From the IMG/VR virus record IMGVR_UViG_3300044609_001498: a DNA stretch of 20,000 nucleotides; one strand, written 5' to 3'. Origin of the DNA: an uncultured virus (IMG/VR IMGVR_UViG_3300044609_001498) (lineage: Duplodnaviria > Heunggongvirae > Uroviricota > Caudoviricetes). Position numbers and translations under genes: made by a program. Below the pieces are notes generated by a model. The model did no database searches. It saw only the letters and a program-made list of their open reading frames with translations, and had not been told where the DNA came from. Numbering within the stretch: position 1 is the stretch's first letter; each line of letters begins with the position of its first letter. Shown piece after piece: positions 16,007 to 20,000 of the stretch.

Positions 16007-16969
16007 TTATCTAAAAACGTTTATTGATAAACTTCCGGCAGCCTGAAGACCTGATTCATTTACTTTAGACATTATAGATTCTTTTGTCTGTGATTTTGTT
16101 TTGCTTGTAAAATCATCTTTAGCTTTAGTAGGTTCTACCGAACCTTTCATGGGATCTCCACCTGGAGATTCTTTAGGCATTTCAGGCATTACAACACTTA
16201 CGGCTTTTGTATCAGTTACAGATTGATCAAGTATCGAAGAAGTTCTTTGTGGACTACCTTCTTTGACAGCAGAATCTTTGATTTTTTTAAATTCTTGATT
16301 TCCCTTTTGCGTATCACTAAAATCACCCTTACCTATTTTACCACTATTGTCTTTATAATTCTGCTGAGTAACTGATGAGTTAGAATTAGCTAAAGATTGA
16401 TTAACTTGATTTCTAACTTGCGAAGAATTCCCGGAAGGATCTAATTCTTGTCGAGAATATGCATCAAAGTTTTTGCTCGAAGCAAGATTCGAATTGTTTC
16501 TTATATCACTATAATCAGAATCTTTCGGTCCTGGGACTTTCATATTTCCAAGAGAACTTATAGGATCAGAAACCTTAGATTGATTAACAATATCAGGAGC
16601 TTTTAAATCTCTGAGAGGGGTTTCTTTTGGATAGGGTGAAGTATAATTAGAATCTACCGGGGTTTTAACGAAAGACTTAGCAGCTTTTGCACTTCCCGCA
16701 GCCGATTTATCCAAAGAAATTGATTCTGGAGCTTTATAAAGCTTTGGATCTTTTTTGTAATTAAGTTCTCGGTTTGGAACTTGTGAATTAGGTGCATTAA
16801 GCATTGAATTAGAATCCGAAGAATAATCAGATTTTGCAGAATCGTTTCCCGCTGTATTGCTCTTCGTGTCTTCATCACCTCCCATCACAATCTGTTTTAG
16901 ATCAGATAATTTAGGCTTCTCTTTTGAAGTTTTAGAAGAAGCAGATCTGGACTTCATCGCTTTAGCCAT
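16007..16969 (-). CDS. Low-complexity S/K/D/N-rich protein of unknown function
   Basis: 320-aa open frame on the coding strand, very poor in aromatic and hydrophobic residues, probably disordered. Confidence 0.65.
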   Translation of the reverse strand: MAKAMKSRSASSKTSKEKPKLSDLKQIVMGGDEDTKSNTAGNDSAKSDYSSDSNSMLNAPNSQVPNRELNYKKDPKLYKAPESISLDKSAAGSAKAAKSFVKTPVDSNYTSPYPKETPLRDLKAPDIVNQSKVSDPISSLGNMKVPGPKDSDYSDIRNNSNLASSKNFDAYSRQELDPSGNSSQVRNQVNQSLANSNSSVTQQNYKDNSGKIGKGDFSDTQKGNQEFKKIKDSAVKEGSPQRTSSILDQSVTDTKAVSVVMPEMPKESPGGDPMKGSVEPTKAKDDFTSKTKSQTKESIMSKVNESGLQAAGSLSINVFR

Positions 16970-16974
16970 AGCAT

Positions 16975-16998
16975 AAAAAAGGGTCCTTTCGGACCCTT
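16975..16998 (-). terminator. Rho-independent terminator after the tail tube gene
   Basis: Minus strand AAGGGTCC-GAAA-GGACCCTT-TTTT: perfect stem, GNRA tetraloop and U-tract. Confidence 0.9.
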
Positions 16999-17013
16999 AT
17001 AAATTTTGTTTAA

Positions 17014-17568
17014 TTAAACTAATTCTTCGATCCAGTAGTCGCTTCTATAACTCATAGATACCGCTGCTGGGTCTTGAGTTTCATAATTCAATTCATCGGC
17101 AAATGTTGGATTTCCAGTAGGAAATGCATCTTTAAAAGTTATCTTTCTAAATACATCTCCTGCTCTGTTATATTGAAGAACGATAATCGTTCCAACATAA
17201 TCTTTCTTTAATCCCATTTCCCCGGTTGCTGGATCATAGATTAGCTTATACCAGTCTTGCATAGATTTGTAAATATAAGCTTCGTTAGCATCATTCAAGT
17301 TAACAGTAAAATCCATACTTAGATCTACATAAGTTTGTCCTGGCATACCTGCATAACTTCTATCAGCAAATTTATATTTCTGTCCAACTGCTTCAAATGC
17401 AGGATTTACAGCATCTAGACCGCTGATTTTAATTACATGTTGAAGAACCAGACCTGTGTCAAATCCAATACCCGCAGGAGGGAGCATCGTAACTTCAAAT
17501 AGGTTAGGTTGTACCGTTTCAAACTTCTGAATAGAAGCTTTAGCTTGAGTATAGTGTGGTAATGGCAT
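17014..17568 (-). CDS. Tail tube protein (T4 gp19-like)
   Basis: 184 aa directly after the sheath, with NLFEV, W..L.YDP.TG.MGLKKDY, LQYNRAG, FKDAFPT and YRSDYW. Confidence 0.9.
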   Translation of the reverse strand: MPLPHYTQAKASIQKFETVQPNLFEVTMLPPAGIGFDTGLVLQHVIKISGLDAVNPAFEAVGQKYKFADRSYAGMPGQTYVDLSMDFTVNLNDANEAYIYKSMQDWYKLIYDPATGEMGLKKDYVGTIIVLQYNRAGDVFRKITFKDAFPTGNPTFADELNYETQDPAAVSMSYRSDYWIEELV

Positions 17569-17587
17569 CCTTTTTTATTTATTTTGT

Positions 17588-20000
17588 TTAGGCATTTCCT
17601 GATTGAATTTGGCCAGTTCTTAAGATAGTTGTTCTTGTTACCAAGATTTCCATACCTTTTACTGGTTCGATGAATGTATCTAGAATACCGATATTTCTAT
17701 CAATAACATCTGGAGTATTGTTTGTTTCGTCCATGATATTTCTAAATGCATATACACCATTTTCTGATTGTACGGTTGTCATGAAGTTATCAGCTAAAGT
17801 CTTGATTTCTAATCTTGTCTGAGCAGTATTAAATTCAAACAAGTAGTTCCTCAAGATTGCGGCCAATCCATCTTGAATGTAGATTAGAACTTCTCTAACG
17901 TGTGCAGATGATAGAGCACTTACAACGTTTTGTTGTGCAGTTTTGTTACCGAAGATTACCAATCCACTTCCTGGTTGGAATACAATTGGATTCAATCCAA
18001 ACGGTTCAACGTTATCTCTATCAGTTTTGCTTAAGTTGTATTCAACTCCAACTAAACCTCTACCCCCAAGTACCCCTCTTCTAGTTCCGGCCACAATTGA
18101 CCAAGGAAGAGCTGCAGTATATTTGTCGATATAGTTATTAGAAACATAAGCAGCTGGTGGAACTGTAATGTTGCTTCCATTTTCTCTAACCACTAGGAAT
18201 GGGAAGTAGAAAGCTCCATAGCTAGAACCTTGTGTTATGCTAGGTAATGAATATCTAACAGTTGGGTTATTTGAAAGATTACCACCAGTAGAAACAAAGT
18301 AAGTATCAAACTGTCCTAATATATTCAAGAATGAAGGATCGGTGCTCTTCTTAAAGTTTGCTACTGAAGGAGCGTTTGCAAGTAAGAATGCATTTTGTCT
18401 TTCTTTTGCAAGAGTAAATAATAGTGCTTTATCTCCAGCTTCGATTCCGTTTCCGAATGTATCTACGATATATCTGTAAGAAATATTGTCTTTATCGATT
18501 AGAGCATTAAATAAGTTAGTTCCAGATAAAGTATCGTATATGATATTATTCTGTTGGTCATTAGTACCATCAGGCATATTATAAGAACCTAATGCAAATC
18601 CGTCTAGAGTGAAAAGCTCATAGTAGTTAAACCATTCAGTAACAGGGTAGTATAATTCTACAGTGTCTTGTCCGCCTATTGTATTGATGAAGATTTCACC
18701 AGTACATGTAATTTTAAGAGCATTTTGTGGTGTAGGGTGTGAAGGATTTGTAAAGTTACTTAAACCGACTACTTCGGTGATCCTAGTTAATCTAGAAGAA
18801 ATCCCAGAAGCAGTGTTTCCTACATTTTGAACTAAGTAGTTTCCTACCAGAACATCTGCAGAATATGTAGAACTTACGATGACTTGGTTTGCTCTTAGAG
18901 TACTTCCAGCATTTGTAGAATCTTCTAAAACATCCATTGTTATGTTAAGAGAACCTGCAAAGGTTTGAACTCCGAATGTACCGTTAGTATAAGGTACTTC
19001 AGCAGTATTGAAGAAAAACTTACCTCCCTGATTAATTCCGAAATCTGCGTCATCAGTAACTGGTGAAGTGAAAGCTGCATCTTCATAAGCATTTACAGTA
19101 AATACTGGGAGTGGGTATAATTCGTCTGAAATAGGTATTTCATCTATTCCACTATTGTTGGAATAGATATAATCTTTGTTCTCTGCGTTAAAGTCTAGAT
19201 ATAGAGTAGCAGAAGTTGCATATGTTGCTCCGAATTCTGCTTTATCACCATCAGTAACAATCCCGTCTTGTGCAGCTTCATATAGAGTAGAAGCGGGTCC
19301 TGCAACAATAGTACCAGTATCTCCGTCTTCTTGAGTTACAAAATTCATATCAACAGGATTAATAAATTTAAGGGTTCCACTTGCATTTGGAAAATCTGCA
19401 GCACTAAAATTACTAGAAGTATCGCTTTTTACACTGGATACTGCAAAAGTAGCTTGCGTAGAAGTAGAAGTTTTAAAGATAACAGGTACTGCATAACTTC
19501 CAGTCGCCGTTAGAATATACGTACCTACTGTTCTATCGCTAACATCAACGTTAGCAGTCATTCCTGTGATTACATTATAAAGAGCAAGGTTACTTGCTTT
19601 AGATACGCTAAATTCTATATCTCCCGCACTTTCTGGTAAAATCGTGCACCCAGATAGAGAAACCGAATTAACAGTACTTACGTTTCCTGCATAGCTAAGA
19701 TCTGATACAATGGTTCCTTTATACGAAAGGAAGTCTACAGTTTCAGGTTTAAGTCTTTCGAGTTCGTGGCCTACTAGGTCAATTCCACCATTTACTCCAT
19801 CGATAACCAGATCAAGATCAAACATTGCAGTGTTTATTGCACAGAATAAACCGGTTGCTGCAGTATCTGCGTTAATTAGAGTTTCAATATACAAGTTATT
19901 ACCTTGAAGATCTGTAAATTCAGGGATTAAACAACCTGTGTATGTTGAAAGGAATTGAACTTGTGGAAGATTCAAGAATTGAGCAACTGAAGTATCAGTT
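17588..20000 (-). CDS. Contractile tail sheath protein (T4 gp18-like); 5' end lies beyond the window
   Basis: C-terminal sheath domain YGAFYFP...VPPAAYV...PWSIVAGTRRG...LNPIV...IFGNKT...HVREVL...YLFEFN...DETNNTPDVID...IEPVK. The frame stays open from 19975 to the window edge. Confidence 0.95.
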   Translation of the reverse strand, partial: TDTSVAQFLNLPQVQFLSTYTGCLIPEFTDLQGNNLYIETLINADTAATGLFCAINTAMFDLDLVIDGVNGGIDLVGHELERLKPETVDFLSYKGTIVSDLSYAGNVSTVNSVSLSGCTILPESAGDIEFSVSKASNLALYNVITGMTANVDVSDRTVGTYILTATGSYAVPVIFKTSTSTQATFAVSSVKSDTSSNFSAADFPNASGTLKFINPVDMNFVTQEDGDTGTIVAGPASTLYEAAQDGIVTDGDKAEFGATYATSATLYLDFNAENKDYIYSNNSGIDEIPISDELYPLPVFTVNAYEDAAFTSPVTDDADFGINQGGKFFFNTAEVPYTNGTFGVQTFAGSLNITMDVLEDSTNAGSTLRANQVIVSSTYSADVLVGNYLVQNVGNTASGISSRLTRITEVVGLSNFTNPSHPTPQNALKITCTGEIFINTIGGQDTVELYYPVTEWFNYYELFTLDGFALGSYNMPDGTNDQQNNIIYDTLSGTNLFNALIDKDNISYRYIVDTFGNGIEAGDKALLFTLAKERQNAFLLANAPSVANFKKSTDPSFLNILGQFDTYFVSTGGNLSNNPTVRYSLPSITQGSSYGAFYFPFLVVRENGSNITVPPAAYVSNNYIDKYTAALPWSIVAGTRRGVLGGRGLVGVEYNLSKTDRDNVEPFGLNPIVFQPGSGLVIFGNKTAQQNVVSALSSAHVREVLIYIQDGLAAILRNYLFEFNTAQTRLEIKTLADNFMTTVQSENGVYAFRNIMDETNNTPDVIDRNIGILDTFIEPVKGMEILVTRTTILRTGQIQSGNA

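Noticed and set aside
16654..16878. Alternate-frame 74-aa minus-strand ORF
   Set aside because: Nested in the 320-aa ORF, with no motif or initiation signal.
17902..19907. Short plus-strand ORFs
   Set aside because: Antisense to the tail sheath gene.
1..20000. Stop-codon reassignment, as seen in some large phages
   Set aside because: Genes are full length under the standard code. TAG (4989-4991, TAGTG coupling) and TGA (ATGA couplings) end genes at the expected domain boundaries.

Overview
AT-rich, gene-dense segment of a large T4-like (contractile-tail) phage. All credible genes are on the minus strand and many are coupled through overlapping stop/start codons (ATGA, TAATG, TAGTG). Read in the direction of transcription (20000 to 1), it has three blocks. 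(1) Tail module: sheath (partial), tube, terminator, a low-complexity ORF, an RHH-like ORF, a gp26-like/gp51-like pair and a hydrophobic tape-measure-like protein. (2) Replication and nucleotide module: DEDDh exonuclease, two-subunit type II topoisomerase, IMPDH/GMP reductase, KTSC, cyclic-phosphate receiver-like protein, guanylate kinase and a putative nuclease. (3) A DNA-modification cluster: dNMP kinase, T4 gp42-like dCMP hydroxymethylase, T4 beta-glucosyltransferase-like enzyme, a second GT-B glycosyltransferase, a hotdog thioesterase, and a UDP-galactopyranose mutase (Glf) that the ORF track missed. The most notable hypothesis is cytosine hypermodification with a furanose sugar (galactofuranose or arabinofuranose, possibly a disaccharide). 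Both transferases and topoisomerase II end in a shared I-[AS]-L-F tail that may dock on the sliding clamp. There is also a candidate +1 programmed frameshift in the gene pair before the tape measure gene. All family calls come from motif recognition by eye, not from database searches.
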